Shown here: positions 19,431-29,128 of the stretch, piece by piece
Numbering within the stretch: the stretch's first letter is position 1
Layout: each line of letters opens with the position of its first letter
Notes under the pieces: generated by a model
Database searches by the model: none
Told to the model about the DNA's origin: nothing
The model's input: the letters and a program-made list of their open reading frames with translations, nothing else
Virus record (IMG/VR): IMGVR_UViG_3300037422_000333
Location: 1-60,978 of that record
DNA from: a virus
Lineage: Duplodnaviria > Caudoviricetes
DNA: 60,978 nucleotides
Reading direction: 5' to 3' (one strand)
Position numbers and translations under genes: made by a program

Positions 19431-21245
19431 ATGCCTTCCATTTTATTTCACCGTCTGGCAAGAACTTTCCCGCGGCTGCGGCTGCGTGAAGACTATCGGC
19501 GTCGGGCCGCGCGGTGTTTCGGGCCGCAGTTGAATGCCGAGTATTCCCTGTCGGCGTCTGTTGGCTCGTTCGTGCTGTCGGGTCAGGCTGTCGATTTGAA
19601 GAAAGCGTCCAGCCTTTCCGCGTCGGCCGGCTCATTCACGTTGAGCGGCCAGAGTGTCTCGCTCCTCGTTGGCTACAAATTGTCGGCCGGGGCGGGCGAA
19701 TTCTCTTTGAGCGGTCAGGCGGCGAATCTTCTGGCGGTCAGAGTGTTGCCGGTTGGCGTCGGAACATTCACGCTGTCTGGTCAATCGACCTCTTTGCTGG
19801 CTGGAAGGGCAATCGCGGCGTCTGTCGGTTCGTTCACGTTGACGGGTCAGTCGGCGAATCTCGCAGCGACGCGAACATTCATGGCGGCTGCGGGAAGTTT
19901 TGCGCTTTCTGGACAGTCGGCGAACCTGCTGGTCGGCCGCAGCGTTTCGGCGGCGGCTGGTTCGTTTGGATTGACCGGCCAGTCGATCACGATGACGCAC
20001 GGCTACCCGCTCGCGGCGGCGGTCGGAACATTCGTGGTGTCCGGCCAGTCGGCGACGCTCACGCACGGCTATCCATTAACTGCAGTCGGTGGTTCGTTCA
20101 CGACCACGGGCCAATCGGCGAATCTGAGGGCCACGAGAATCCTTCCGGCCGTCGCTGGAAGTTTGAACCTCAGCGGCCAATCGGCGGCGCTGCTGGTCGG
20201 TCGCGGCATGACCGCGTCGGCTGGTTCATTCGTGCCGGCTGGACAGTCGGCAAATCTCGTGGCAACACCCCGTCTCGTCGCTTCAGTCGGTTCTTTTGTG
20301 CTCACCGGCCAGGCGGCGACGCTTCGGCACACTTCGCGACTCGCGGCGGATGCCGGATCGTTCTCCGTGAGCGGTCAAACGGCGGGTCTGAATCGTGGCT
20401 ACCCACTGGCTGCGGGAGTGGGGGCATTCACCGTTGCCGGGCAATCGGCGAACTTGCTCGTCTCCCATGTCGTCGCGGGCTCCGTCGGAACATTCATCGT
20501 CACGGGTCAATCTGCGTCGCTACTGCGATCCGGACGAATTGCGGGTTTCGCCGGATCGTTTGTCGTTTCCGGCCAATCGGCATCACTGCAGGCTGTCCGC
20601 ACGGTGTCCGCCACCGTGGGCATATTCTCTTTCGCTGGCCAGTCGGCAGCGCTCGTTGTCGGCCGCAAGGTCGAGGCATCGGTCGGAACCTTTTCGACGT
20701 CTGGCCAAGTCACGTCCCTCTTTGCTTCGCGGTACTTCACTGCCGTGTCGGGCACATTCACCACGAGTGGTCAAGCTGCGGAGATGTTCGTCAGCCGCAA
20801 AATAATTGCCGCTGTCGGCTCGTATTTGGTGAGCGGGCAATCCGCCTCGCTGCTCGCCGGGCGAATCATGTCTGTCGCGGCTGGCGTTTACGTTGTCTCC
20901 GGCCAGGACGCTGGTTTTTCGCGAACGCTACGGTTGGTTGCTGGTCTCGGATCATTCGCCGCGGTGGGGCAGGACGCCAGCCTCCTGGCGAGTCGCCAAC
21001 TGTCCGCCGAATCGGCCGCGTTCAATGTCGTCGGCCAGATGGCATCGCTGGCGATCGCTCGACGCTTGACCGCTCAGGCGGGAGCGTTCGTGCTCGCCGG
21101 TCAGGCGGCCAACCCCTACAGCAATCTGGCGGTCGCGTCGATGGAGTTTTCGTCAAAGCACTGGTCGGCGGAATTTTCGGATAAGAGGTGGTCGGCGGAA
21201 TTTTCATTGTCTGGTCCCGCGGCGGAATTCACTCTCAAGCCATAG
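19431..21245 (+). CDS. 22-aa tandem repeat protein (24 repeats), putative fibre scaffold
   Basis: Consensus xAxxGSFxxSGQSAxLxxxRxL repeated without indels over 19551-21134. Confidence 0.8.
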   Translation: MPSILFHRLARTFPRLRLREDYRRRAARCFGPQLNAEYSLSASVGSFVLSGQAVDLKKASSLSASAGSFTLSGQSVSLLVGYKLSAGAGEFSLSGQAANLLAVRVLPVGVGTFTLSGQSTSLLAGRAIAASVGSFTLTGQSANLAATRTFMAAAGSFALSGQSANLLVGRSVSAAAGSFGLTGQSITMTHGYPLAAAVGTFVVSGQSATLTHGYPLTAVGGSFTTTGQSANLRATRILPAVAGSLNLSGQSAALLVGRGMTASAGSFVPAGQSANLVATPRLVASVGSFVLTGQAATLRHTSRLAADAGSFSVSGQTAGLNRGYPLAAGVGAFTVAGQSANLLVSHVVAGSVGTFIVTGQSASLLRSGRIAGFAGSFVVSGQSASLQAVRTVSATVGIFSFAGQSAALVVGRKVEASVGTFSTSGQVTSLFASRYFTAVSGTFTTSGQAAEMFVSRKIIAAVGSYLVSGQSASLLAGRIMSVAAGVYVVSGQDAGFSRTLRLVAGLGSFAAVGQDASLLASRQLSAESAAFNVVGQMASLAIARRLTAQAGAFVLAGQAANPYSNLAVASMEFSSKHWSAEFSDKRWSAEFSLSGPAAEFTLKP

Positions 21246-21261
21246 AAGCAAGGAGTCAAGC

Positions 21262-21681
21262 ATGGCCTCGTTCAACAAGTTCAACTCGTTCGTCGAAGCA
21301 GAGGCGGAGAAGGTCCATAACCTCGGTGCCGACACTCTGAAAATTCTACTCACCAATACGGCGCCCGTGGCTGGCAATACCGTCAAAACAGACCTGACGG
21401 AGATCGGCGCGGGCAACGGCTACACCGCCGGCGGAACTCAGGCCACGATTTCCAGCAGTTCCCAAACCGGCGGCACGTACAAGTTGGTCCTGGCCGACGT
21501 CGTGTTTACCGCCAGCGGCGGCTCGATCGGACCGTTCCGCTACGCCGTGCTCTACAACGACACGGCGACCAACGACGAACTGATCGGTTGGTGGGACTAC
21601 GGCTCCAGCATCACGCTGCTGACCGGTGAGACGTTCACTGTCGATTTCGATGCAACCACGGGTGTTTTGCAAGTTGCCTGA
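21262..21681 (+). CDS. putative fibre subunit / structural protein
   Basis: AAGGAG SD; MASFNKFNSF...EIGAGNGYTAGG...FRYAVLYND...DYG pattern seen in phage structural genes. Confidence 0.7.
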   Translation: MASFNKFNSFVEAEAEKVHNLGADTLKILLTNTAPVAGNTVKTDLTEIGAGNGYTAGGTQATISSSSQTGGTYKLVLADVVFTASGGSIGPFRYAVLYNDTATNDELIGWWDYGSSITLLTGETFTVDFDATTGVLQVA

Positions 21682-21723
21682 TCTGTGTTTGTTCCGTGAT
21701 GCAACTCATTCAAGGAGTGATCC

Positions 21724-21990
21724 ATGTTCAGCGAAGATGCCATGCGAGAGCGATTCCACGATCTCGGAAAACGGCGTGCGGAGATTTTGGAAACATCCGC
21801 ACCGCTTCGTGAGCGGCGCGACAAGTTGGTACAAGAGTTCGATCCGCAGGTTCGCGAGCTGAACGCGCGGATCAAAGAGGCCGAAGTCGGACTTTACGAC
21901 GTCGACCAGGAGCGGGCCGCCCTGTCTCGTGCCCTGAAGGGCAAGACGGGCGAACCGCCCGGTTCAGCGGAAGGTGCAGCCAACCCATGA
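21724..21990 (+). CDS. coiled-coil hypothetical protein
   Basis: AAGGAG SD; charged heptads. Confidence 0.6.
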   Translation: MFSEDAMRERFHDLGKRRAEILETSAPLRERRDKLVQEFDPQVRELNARIKEAEVGLYDVDQERAALSRALKGKTGEPPGSAEGAANP

Positions 21991-22301
21991 AAGAAGTCAA
22001 CGAAAAGTCCACTCGCGACATTGGCGTCACGTTTCGCGATAAAAACGGTGCGCTCACGGTGCCGTCAGCGATCTCGTATCGTCTCGACGACGTGGACAGC
22101 GGGACTTCGATTCGGGGGCCGACGTCGGTGACTCCGGCGTCATCGATCGAAATCACGTTGACCTCGGCAGACAATGCAATGGTGGATGCGACCAAGAGAT
22201 CGGAGATTCACGAACTTACGGTCACGGCGACGTTCGGGGCCAGCGGGCAATCGGTTTTTTCGTTCGACTTCAAGGTCCGAAACCTTAGATTCCAATCCTA
22301 G
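21987..22301 (+). CDS. small Ig-like structural protein (putative)
   Basis: ATGA overlap; all-beta composition. Confidence 0.55.
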   Translation: MKEVNEKSTRDIGVTFRDKNGALTVPSAISYRLDDVDSGTSIRGPTSVTPASSIEITLTSADNAMVDATKRSEIHELTVTATFGASGQSVFSFDFKVRNLRFQS

Positions 22302-22319
22302 AAAAAGGTCCGGTGCGGA

Positions 22320-22520
22320 ATGCCGGAGCAGCCGAAAACGCAACCGGTGGATGCCGAGGTGTGTCGAAATTGTCGATTCTTCGTGTGGAATTCGGGAGCC
22401 GCGTATGGGGACTGTCATGCTCGGCCGCCAACCTATGACTGGCAGTCGCCGAGCAAGGTCAACTGGCCGATCTGTGGTGTCGACGACTGGTGTGGATCGT
22501 TTCAGAAACTCAAAAAATAA
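22320..22520 (+). CDS. small Cys-rich protein
   Basis: CRNCRFF...GDC...WP...DDWCGSF pattern. Confidence 0.7.
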   Translation: MPEQPKTQPVDAEVCRNCRFFVWNSGAAYGDCHARPPTYDWQSPSKVNWPICGVDDWCGSFQKLKK

Positions 22521-22535
22521 CCGGGGGCAATCATC

Positions 22536-23528
22536 ATGCGAGCGAAAGCGTTGCGGGAATCGGTCAAACAGTTTCTGCGGGTGCATCGCGACTGGTGCCA
22601 GTCCGAAGAAGAATTGCTGACGGTCGACTACGAATCGGCGATGGCCGAAATGGTCAACGCTTTCGCGACGGGCGACATTCCGGGCGAGCTGCGAGCGGTC
22701 GCGACGGCCGTGGCCCGATTGTCGCTGGAGTGGGACCTGTTCGAGAGCTACGTGACGCTGATTTCGCCGCGACCGCGCGACAGCTTTTGGGGCGCGGTTG
22801 AGAATCTTGCCCACGCTGAACTCGACGTGGCCACGCTCTTGCCGCCGAAGCTCGAATCCGTGGCGGAACTGCTGCGGCAGAAGGTTTCCGTTCGCCAGAT
22901 TGCCGAGCACATTTACGGCCACAACGGCGAAGGTCCGTTCCTGAAAAATGGGATCCCACAGGAAGACCTGATTCTGAAGGAAGCCGCCAAACCGGGATCG
23001 GTCATTCCTGAAGACTGGGTGCATCCCGAATTCCTTGCCCGATTGCGGGCGGATCAATTGGAATTCGATCGGCAAATGCGAGTCCTGAATGACAAGGTGG
23101 AGCGCAGTTACGTGGCTCCCGAGTCGATCGAGGAGTTGCTGCGACAGAAGGTTCCCGGCGAACAGATCGCCGCGATGAAACAGGTTTCGATCCAGGAAGT
23201 ACAGGAGGTGGCCGATCGGTTGGGGCTGGTGGTCACGCATCGAGAAAACTTGGCCACGTTCCGGGCACCGCACGAGCCGCCGATCCTGCCGGAACAGGCA
23301 GCGGCCTTGGATGCCTACGTGGGCGGAAACTCGGAAGACGATGACGAGTTGCCGTCTGATTTGGCATCTGCGAATCGGACAGCAGTCAATGCCACGGAGC
23401 AACAAGTTCTCGAACTTTCCGAATCCGGGGAGTCCCTGAAATCCATCGCCGAGCAACTTGGCCTGCCAATCAGCACGGTGGCCAAGATTCTCAAGCGAAG
23501 CCGGGAGGCGGCGGAAGTGCCAGCATGA
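22536..23528 (+). CDS. HTH-containing protein upstream of terminase
   Basis: C-terminal GESLKSIAEQLGLPISTVAKIL; internal repeat ESxxELLRQKV. Confidence 0.7.
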   Translation: MRAKALRESVKQFLRVHRDWCQSEEELLTVDYESAMAEMVNAFATGDIPGELRAVATAVARLSLEWDLFESYVTLISPRPRDSFWGAVENLAHAELDVATLLPPKLESVAELLRQKVSVRQIAEHIYGHNGEGPFLKNGIPQEDLILKEAAKPGSVIPEDWVHPEFLARLRADQLEFDRQMRVLNDKVERSYVAPESIEELLRQKVPGEQIAAMKQVSIQEVQEVADRLGLVVTHRENLATFRAPHEPPILPEQAAALDAYVGGNSEDDDELPSDLASANRTAVNATEQQVLELSESGESLKSIAEQLGLPISTVAKILKRSREAAEVPA

Positions 23529-24283
23529 ACGGAAACGGACACGATCATCAACAAGGCAACGGTTCTGGCCAGCCCGGCGGAAATGGGAATGGTCACGCTC
23601 CGTCTCATGCCGGCGGCAACGGCAAGGCCGACAAACCGACGACAGAACAGCCTGCTGCCGACAATCAGGGGTTGTTCGGCCTCAAGCCGCGACGCAAAAA
23701 GTCCGGCGTGCGTCCTCGCAAGGGAGAAGTCAAGCAGTGGGAACCGATCCCGCGTGATCTGGAAGTCTACCATCACATCACCTCTGGAAAGACGTGCCGC
23801 GAAACCGGAAAGCTGATGGACCTCAGCGAATCAGGGGTGACAAGAATTGTCAAGCGCGTGGATGCGTGGCTGGCACCGCAATACCTCGATTCGATTCGCG
23901 AACTCAAGGCGAACCATGTCGAACGGCTGATGCACATTTACCACGAAGCGATGGCGGCATGGGAACGGTCGAAGCTCCCGGCCGACAGCGTGAGCGTGAA
24001 GGATGTCGCGGTGAAGACGACCGCCAAGGTTTCGCTGCCGGCGAAGGAAGTGACTCGCAACCGACGCTGGCAATCGGGCAATTCGCAGTATCTGGCCGAA
24101 GCTCGCGACGCCTTGGCTGACATTCGGCGAATCCTGGGGGCCGACGCGCCGCTCAAGGTGGAGCACAGCGGCGAGATTCGCGTGGCGGGCCAACAGTTGT
24201 CCGACGTGATTTCAGAAGCCAAGACGCGGTTGGGTGATTCGATGCGACGACTGGCAGCGTTTTCCAAGACGTCTCTGAACTGA
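23525..24283 (+). CDS. terminase small subunit (putative)
   Basis: HTH (TCRETGKLMDLSESGVTRIV), RRILGADAPLKVEHSG; directly upstream of TerL. Confidence 0.75.
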   Translation: MNGNGHDHQQGNGSGQPGGNGNGHAPSHAGGNGKADKPTTEQPAADNQGLFGLKPRRKKSGVRPRKGEVKQWEPIPRDLEVYHHITSGKTCRETGKLMDLSESGVTRIVKRVDAWLAPQYLDSIRELKANHVERLMHIYHEAMAAWERSKLPADSVSVKDVAVKTTAKVSLPAKEVTRNRRWQSGNSQYLAEARDALADIRRILGADAPLKVEHSGEIRVAGQQLSDVISEAKTRLGDSMRRLAAFSKTSLN

Positions 24284-24294
24284 ATTCTTCAACC

Positions 24295-25770
24295 ATGCAA
24301 GACGTGCTTGATCCCATCGCCGAAGTGACTGCCCTGGAAGAGGAGTTGGGGCAGTCGTACTTCCATTGGCGTCCGCGTCCAGACCAGTCCGAGCGGTACG
24401 ACGAGCAGCAGTCGTTCTACGAATCAAAGTTGCCGGGCGTCGCATTTTTGATAGGCGGAAATGGCGCCGGGACAACCGAAACCGCCGTGGCCAAGATGTC
24501 GAAGTTTGTGCTCCGCGATCAGCCGCCGCCGCGGTACGACACGCCGTTTTGGGTGATCGGCGACAGCTACGAGCAGATCATGGAGGCGGTCTGGAAGGAA
24601 AAAATTCTCGGCCACGGCCACATTCCCAAGTCGGAGATCGACTGGGACCGGATCGTGTGGTACCGCGAGAAAGAGAATCTGCCGTTTCGCGTGCCGCTTC
24701 GTCCGTGGCCGGGCCAGTCGGGTCGCAATTGGGTGATCGAGTTCAAGTCGTACATTCAGGGCCGGTCCGCCATGCAGGCCCGCTCGATCGGCGGATTTCT
24801 GTTCGTCGAACAATTTCCGTGGGGACTCTTGACTGAGGTGCTGCGCGGTTGCCGCGAGTACAACTTCCGCGGCTCGAAGTTGGTCGAGTTCACGCCGATC
24901 GACCCAGCGATGAGCTACGAACTGGAGAAGTTGATCGAGGAGAATCGGCTGCCGAACGGCTGGCGAGTCTTCCGGGCCAACACCGAATGCGCGAAAGAGG
25001 CGGGGCACGTTTCGGCGACCTGGTTCGACGAGTTCTTCGGTCAGGTGCCAGACGAGATGTTATTGACGCGGCTGACCGGCGAATTCGCCACCTACGAAGG
25101 GGCGATCTACCAAGGGTTCAATCCCAAGGTGCATCTGGTTGGCGATGAAGTGATCGGATATCCCGACGGAGTGATCTACCGCCGGTCGATCGACTGGGGG
25201 GCCGGGCCGGACAACGCCTTCTGCTGTCTGTGGGCCTACCGTAACGGACTCGGTCAGTGGTTCGTGTTCGACGAATACTACTCGACCGATCAGTCGAAAA
25301 CCGTGATGGATCACCTCGACGACATCCGCCGGCGCCACCCGTGGCCGAACAATCCCGGCAAGTATGGCACGACCTACGCCGATCCGTCGGCGACGGACTG
25401 CATTCGGATTGCCCAGCGATGGGGTTTCTTTGTCACGCCCGCACGCAACGACGTGCGGGAAGGAATCGACTGCGTGCGGTCGATGCTCAAAAAAGTTCCC
25501 GGTCTCGGGCAGCCGAAGCTGTTCATCCATCGCGAGAACTGCCCGAATCTGGCGAGACAGATGCGGACGTACCGCTGGATGCGGGCCAATGGCAATGGAT
25601 TGAATCCGCGAGACGCACCGCCAGAACCGCTCAAGAAAGACGATCACGCGGTGGATGCACTGCGTTACTTGCTGTTCACGGAGCAATCGTACAGCGGCGA
25701 GCGGGCGGTTAGCTTTCGGAGCGATCACGAATCGCAACGGCACGGCGTGCGGCTGGCAGGGAGACGTTGA
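24295..25770 (+). CDS. terL: terminase large subunit with atypical Walker motifs
   Basis: Nuclease motifs RSIDWG, YADPS, KDDHAVDALRY; ATPase region IGGNGAGTT, FLFVEQ, EFTP. Confidence 0.9.
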   Translation: MQDVLDPIAEVTALEEELGQSYFHWRPRPDQSERYDEQQSFYESKLPGVAFLIGGNGAGTTETAVAKMSKFVLRDQPPPRYDTPFWVIGDSYEQIMEAVWKEKILGHGHIPKSEIDWDRIVWYREKENLPFRVPLRPWPGQSGRNWVIEFKSYIQGRSAMQARSIGGFLFVEQFPWGLLTEVLRGCREYNFRGSKLVEFTPIDPAMSYELEKLIEENRLPNGWRVFRANTECAKEAGHVSATWFDEFFGQVPDEMLLTRLTGEFATYEGAIYQGFNPKVHLVGDEVIGYPDGVIYRRSIDWGAGPDNAFCCLWAYRNGLGQWFVFDEYYSTDQSKTVMDHLDDIRRRHPWPNNPGKYGTTYADPSATDCIRIAQRWGFFVTPARNDVREGIDCVRSMLKKVPGLGQPKLFIHRENCPNLARQMRTYRWMRANGNGLNPRDAPPEPLKKDDHAVDALRYLLFTEQSYSGERAVSFRSDHESQRHGVRLAGRR

Positions 25771-25771
25771 G

Positions 25772-26878
25772 ATGGCATCGGCGTTCGGATCATTCGGCAG
25801 CGCAATCAAACGGCAAGCCACCGCGGCCGTTCGCCAGTCGCTGCTGCGCGAGTTCCGGCAAACGGATCTCGGCAAGACGCTGCTGACCGCCGACAGTCAG
25901 ATTCGGCGCGGCATGTTCCGCCAGTCGCAGGCGGCCCGGTTGCGTCGCAGCCTGCGCAGCATGACGACTCAGGCGATCGCGGACCAGTTGGGGCAATTTC
26001 TGCTGGGGCCAGGAGAATCGCCAGAAACCGAACGCTACGCCAAGGGCAACCTACTTGAAAAGGCGTTGGGAGCGAGAGGTCCACTGGGTCGGCTGCTGGG
26101 GAAATTGCTCTCGCCGTTGCGACGTGAAGGGAAAGTGGACACCGAGCGGGAATTGGAAGTCGCCGCCAACCTCCTGAAATCGTTTGGCTACACCGTTCTG
26201 CCGCCGACCAAGGCTCCGCCGCGCCGAACGCCGGAGCAAAAGCCATCCGTTGACGAAGGGATCACGACCGGCCGCTTGAAGCCACTCCCCGGCTGGCAGT
26301 GGCCAGCTCGTGAGGCCCCACGTCCCGCACCGCATCGCGGCTTGGAAGAGTTTCGGGAAGCGGAACGTCGCGAACGGGCCGAGCTGCTCACGGGAGACAT
26401 GACTCCCGTCACGTCGAGCAACGTCCATTCAATCGGCTTCCGCTTGGACCACGAGCGGCAGATGGGAGCACGACAGGGGACGCTCTTGATCCGGTTCCTG
26501 GGGACGAACGCCGACGGGACGCGATCCGGTCCGGGGCCGCTGTATGAATACTACGACGTTCCCGCTCGCGTGTTTCTGGCGTTCAAACGGGCGGCGTCGA
26601 AGGGCAAGTTCGTGTGGGACAATGTTCGCATGCGAGGCACGGTCTCTGGTCATCGGTACGAATACGACCTCGCCGAGATCAGTCAGGACTACGTGCCGAG
26701 ACAGGCGGGAATCAAACGCGGGCAGCAAGGCGAATGGTACTTGACGCGGAAGTTCCGCGACCGGCGAACTGGCAAGCTGCATGTCAGCCAGTTGCCGGAA
26801 GAACAGGTTCGACGAACCGGGCCGAACAGGGGGCTGCGTGGCAACGAACTTCGCCATCGGCCCGGCAGGGGGAGATGA
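25772..26878 (+). CDS. KTSC-domain protein
   Basis: MTPVTSSNVHSIGF...TLLIRF...LYEYYDVP...SKGKFVWDNVR. Confidence 0.8.
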   Translation: MASAFGSFGSAIKRQATAAVRQSLLREFRQTDLGKTLLTADSQIRRGMFRQSQAARLRRSLRSMTTQAIADQLGQFLLGPGESPETERYAKGNLLEKALGARGPLGRLLGKLLSPLRREGKVDTERELEVAANLLKSFGYTVLPPTKAPPRRTPEQKPSVDEGITTGRLKPLPGWQWPAREAPRPAPHRGLEEFREAERRERAELLTGDMTPVTSSNVHSIGFRLDHERQMGARQGTLLIRFLGTNADGTRSGPGPLYEYYDVPARVFLAFKRAASKGKFVWDNVRMRGTVSGHRYEYDLAEISQDYVPRQAGIKRGQQGEWYLTRKFRDRRTGKLHVSQLPEEQVRRTGPNRGLRGNELRHRPGRGR

Positions 26879-26935
26879 TTCAGCGTGTGTTGCGGGCCAG
26901 AGCCAAATTATCAACCACCAATCAGGAGAAAGAAG

Positions 26936-27166
26936 ATGGCCGAGAAAAATCCAACCGTCGTGACGTGGGAAAACGCCCGAGCGATCCTTGCGGACAAGTC
27001 GTCCGATCCGAAGCTGCGCGACATCGCCCAGCGGATCGTGGAGACCTGCGGCGTCACGGCCGAAGAAGTGGACCTGGTGTTCAAGTGGAAGCCGCAGGTC
27101 GTGGCCGTGGAGCAAGCCGTGCCTATGGAACAAGTCCCTGACACGAGCGGCGACGACGGCAACTAG
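26936..27166 (+). CDS. hypothetical protein
   Basis: AGGAG SD, ATG 26936. Confidence 0.6.
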   Translation: MAEKNPTVVTWENARAILADKSSDPKLRDIAQRIVETCGVTAEEVDLVFKWKPQVVAVEQAVPMEQVPDTSGDDGN

Positions 27167-27209
27167 GCGGGCATCGCGTTCGTGAATCAATTTTCCGGAG
27201 CGAACTGTC

Positions 27210-28808
27210 ATGGATTCAGTATCGACGGAACGTCGCAACGGAGCCTCCACGGTTTCGTCAGCCCACACGGCCCGGGTGATCCGCGAGGCCCCGGATCGCG
27301 ATCCGGCCACGGGCATCGCGGGAATGCCGCCGAACTTCGGCCAGTACGTGCTGCCGCAGATCGTCACGATTCAGGGGCTGATTAACGCGGTCAGCAAGAC
27401 GTACCGGGCGAGCGATGAAGCCTTGCAGCACTCGTGGGAAAACGCCCGCTTCATGCGCACGGACACGGGCATCATGGAGTGCGTCGAGGCCCGCCAGCGG
27501 TCAGAGGCTCTGTGCGACTGGCACCTCAAACCGGAAGACGACAAGAGTCCGCTCCAGCGTCAGCTTGTGGCCGACTTGACGGCCATGCTGAATCGCGTCC
27601 CGTCGTTTCTGAAGTACCGCGAGAACCTGCTGCACGCGATCTGGTACGGTCGTTACGCCATTCAACATCGCTATCGGTGGCAGAAGATTGGTTCGGCCAT
27701 GCGCGTCATCCCGACGCATTGGCGGCCGATTCACGGTGACAAGTTGGCCTTCCGATTTGACGACGGCACCCACGAGTTCGATGACGAGCAGGTCGGCATT
27801 CGCGTGGGGATGCACACGCGGCTGGATGGCCTGCTGGAGAAACGCCGCAAGATCGAAACGACAGATCGCGGTTTGGCCTACTTTCTCGATCCGTGGGAGC
27901 GACGGTTGCTGTCCGTTCACAAGCACATGATCGAAGACGGCGAATTCGAGTCGCCGGAAAACGCGGGACGAATTCATGGCGTCGGCATTCGCTCGCGAAT
28001 CTACTGGGACTGGTTCCAAAAACAGGAAGCCTTGGCGTGGTTGATGGAATACCTCGAACGATCTGCCTTTGGCATCGAACTGTGGTACTACCCGATGGGC
28101 AACCCGGAAGCGAAAGCCAAGACGATGGAGGCGGCCAAGGAACGGATCGGGAACGGCCGCAACATCGTGCTCGTGCCCAAACCGGCTGGCGACGACGGAC
28201 AACAGTACGGCGTGGAGCGGGTTGAGCCCGGCTTGCAAGGGGCCGACGTGCTACGGGACATCATCGAGAAGTATTTCGGGCACCGGATCAAACGCTATAT
28301 CCTCGGCCAGACGCTGACCAGCGAAGCCGAAGCGACCGGCCTCGGCAGCGGCGTGGCCGACCTGCACTTGGCCACATTCATGGATATCGTACGGTACGAC
28401 ACCGCCAACCTTGCTGAAACGCTGACGACGGACCTCGTGCAGCCGCTCAAGGAATGGAATTTTCCCGAGGCGGCGAATGTTCACGTCGAGTTTCAGATCG
28501 AAACGGAAACGCCCGAGGCGGACAAGCGGCTGCAAGCCTACGCTGCGGCGTGGCAAATTGGGGCGAGAATCAAAGAAGAAGACGTCTTGAAGGCCGTGGG
28601 GGCGGCGCTCCCGACCGAACAGGATCGCGTGTTGACGAATCCCGCGCTGGCGATGGCAGGCGCCGGGACAGGCGGCCAAGACACGCATCCCGTCACGGCC
28701 GGGATCAACGCGCACCACGCAGCGGCTCCGGTGGACGGTGATGCGGGTGAGTCGCCGGAGATGTCTGAGGACGAACGAATCGCCCGGCAATGGGTGGGAG
28801 CGGACTGA
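27210..28808 (+). CDS. portal protein (Mu gp29/DUF935-like)
   Basis: LLHAIWYGRYAI, YLERSAFG, ILGQTLTSEA...GLGSGVADLH; expected size and position. Confidence 0.88.
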   Translation: MDSVSTERRNGASTVSSAHTARVIREAPDRDPATGIAGMPPNFGQYVLPQIVTIQGLINAVSKTYRASDEALQHSWENARFMRTDTGIMECVEARQRSEALCDWHLKPEDDKSPLQRQLVADLTAMLNRVPSFLKYRENLLHAIWYGRYAIQHRYRWQKIGSAMRVIPTHWRPIHGDKLAFRFDDGTHEFDDEQVGIRVGMHTRLDGLLEKRRKIETTDRGLAYFLDPWERRLLSVHKHMIEDGEFESPENAGRIHGVGIRSRIYWDWFQKQEALAWLMEYLERSAFGIELWYYPMGNPEAKAKTMEAAKERIGNGRNIVLVPKPAGDDGQQYGVERVEPGLQGADVLRDIIEKYFGHRIKRYILGQTLTSEAEATGLGSGVADLHLATFMDIVRYDTANLAETLTTDLVQPLKEWNFPEAANVHVEFQIETETPEADKRLQAYAAAWQIGARIKEEDVLKAVGAALPTEQDRVLTNPALAMAGAGTGGQDTHPVTAGINAHHAAAPVDGDAGESPEMSEDERIARQWVGAD

Positions 28809-28819
28809 AGGGAGAAACC

Positions 28820-29110
28820 ATGAATCGACGCGAAATGTTGGCGAGCGTGTCCGAAGTCTTGGCTACCGCAGGTGTAACTGGAGCAACGGCCAAGGCATTT
28901 GACCCAGAGCCGGTGCCCTTGCTTTTGAGAGTCACTTTGTCTCACGAACAGTCCGAGGCCGAACGGATAGCGATGATGAAAGGTCTCCTTCCGCTTCGGC
29001 GACTGATCGAACAGAGAACAGGCGAGCCGGTCTCGATCGTTGTCTTGCACAAGGGAGTGGAACTCGATGTTGTCGTTGATCCAAGGGCGGCCAGCGTGAG
29101 TCGCAATTGA
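28820..29110 (+). CDS. hypothetical protein
   Basis: GGAG SD; MNRREMLASV N-terminus. Confidence 0.6.
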   Translation: MNRREMLASVSEVLATAGVTGATAKAFDPEPVPLLLRVTLSHEQSEAERIAMMKGLLPLRRLIEQRTGEPVSIVVLHKGVELDVVVDPRAASVSRN

Positions 29111-29128
29111 AAACCGAGAGATTGTTCA

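Noticed and set aside
19514-21184. 556-aa alternative-frame ORF over the 22-aa repeat gene
   Set aside because: A by-product of the repetitive GC-rich codons of the real frame.
28820-28880. Tat signal peptide (MNRREML)
   Set aside because: The following hydrophobic region is weak and contains an acidic residue; not supportable without a predictor.
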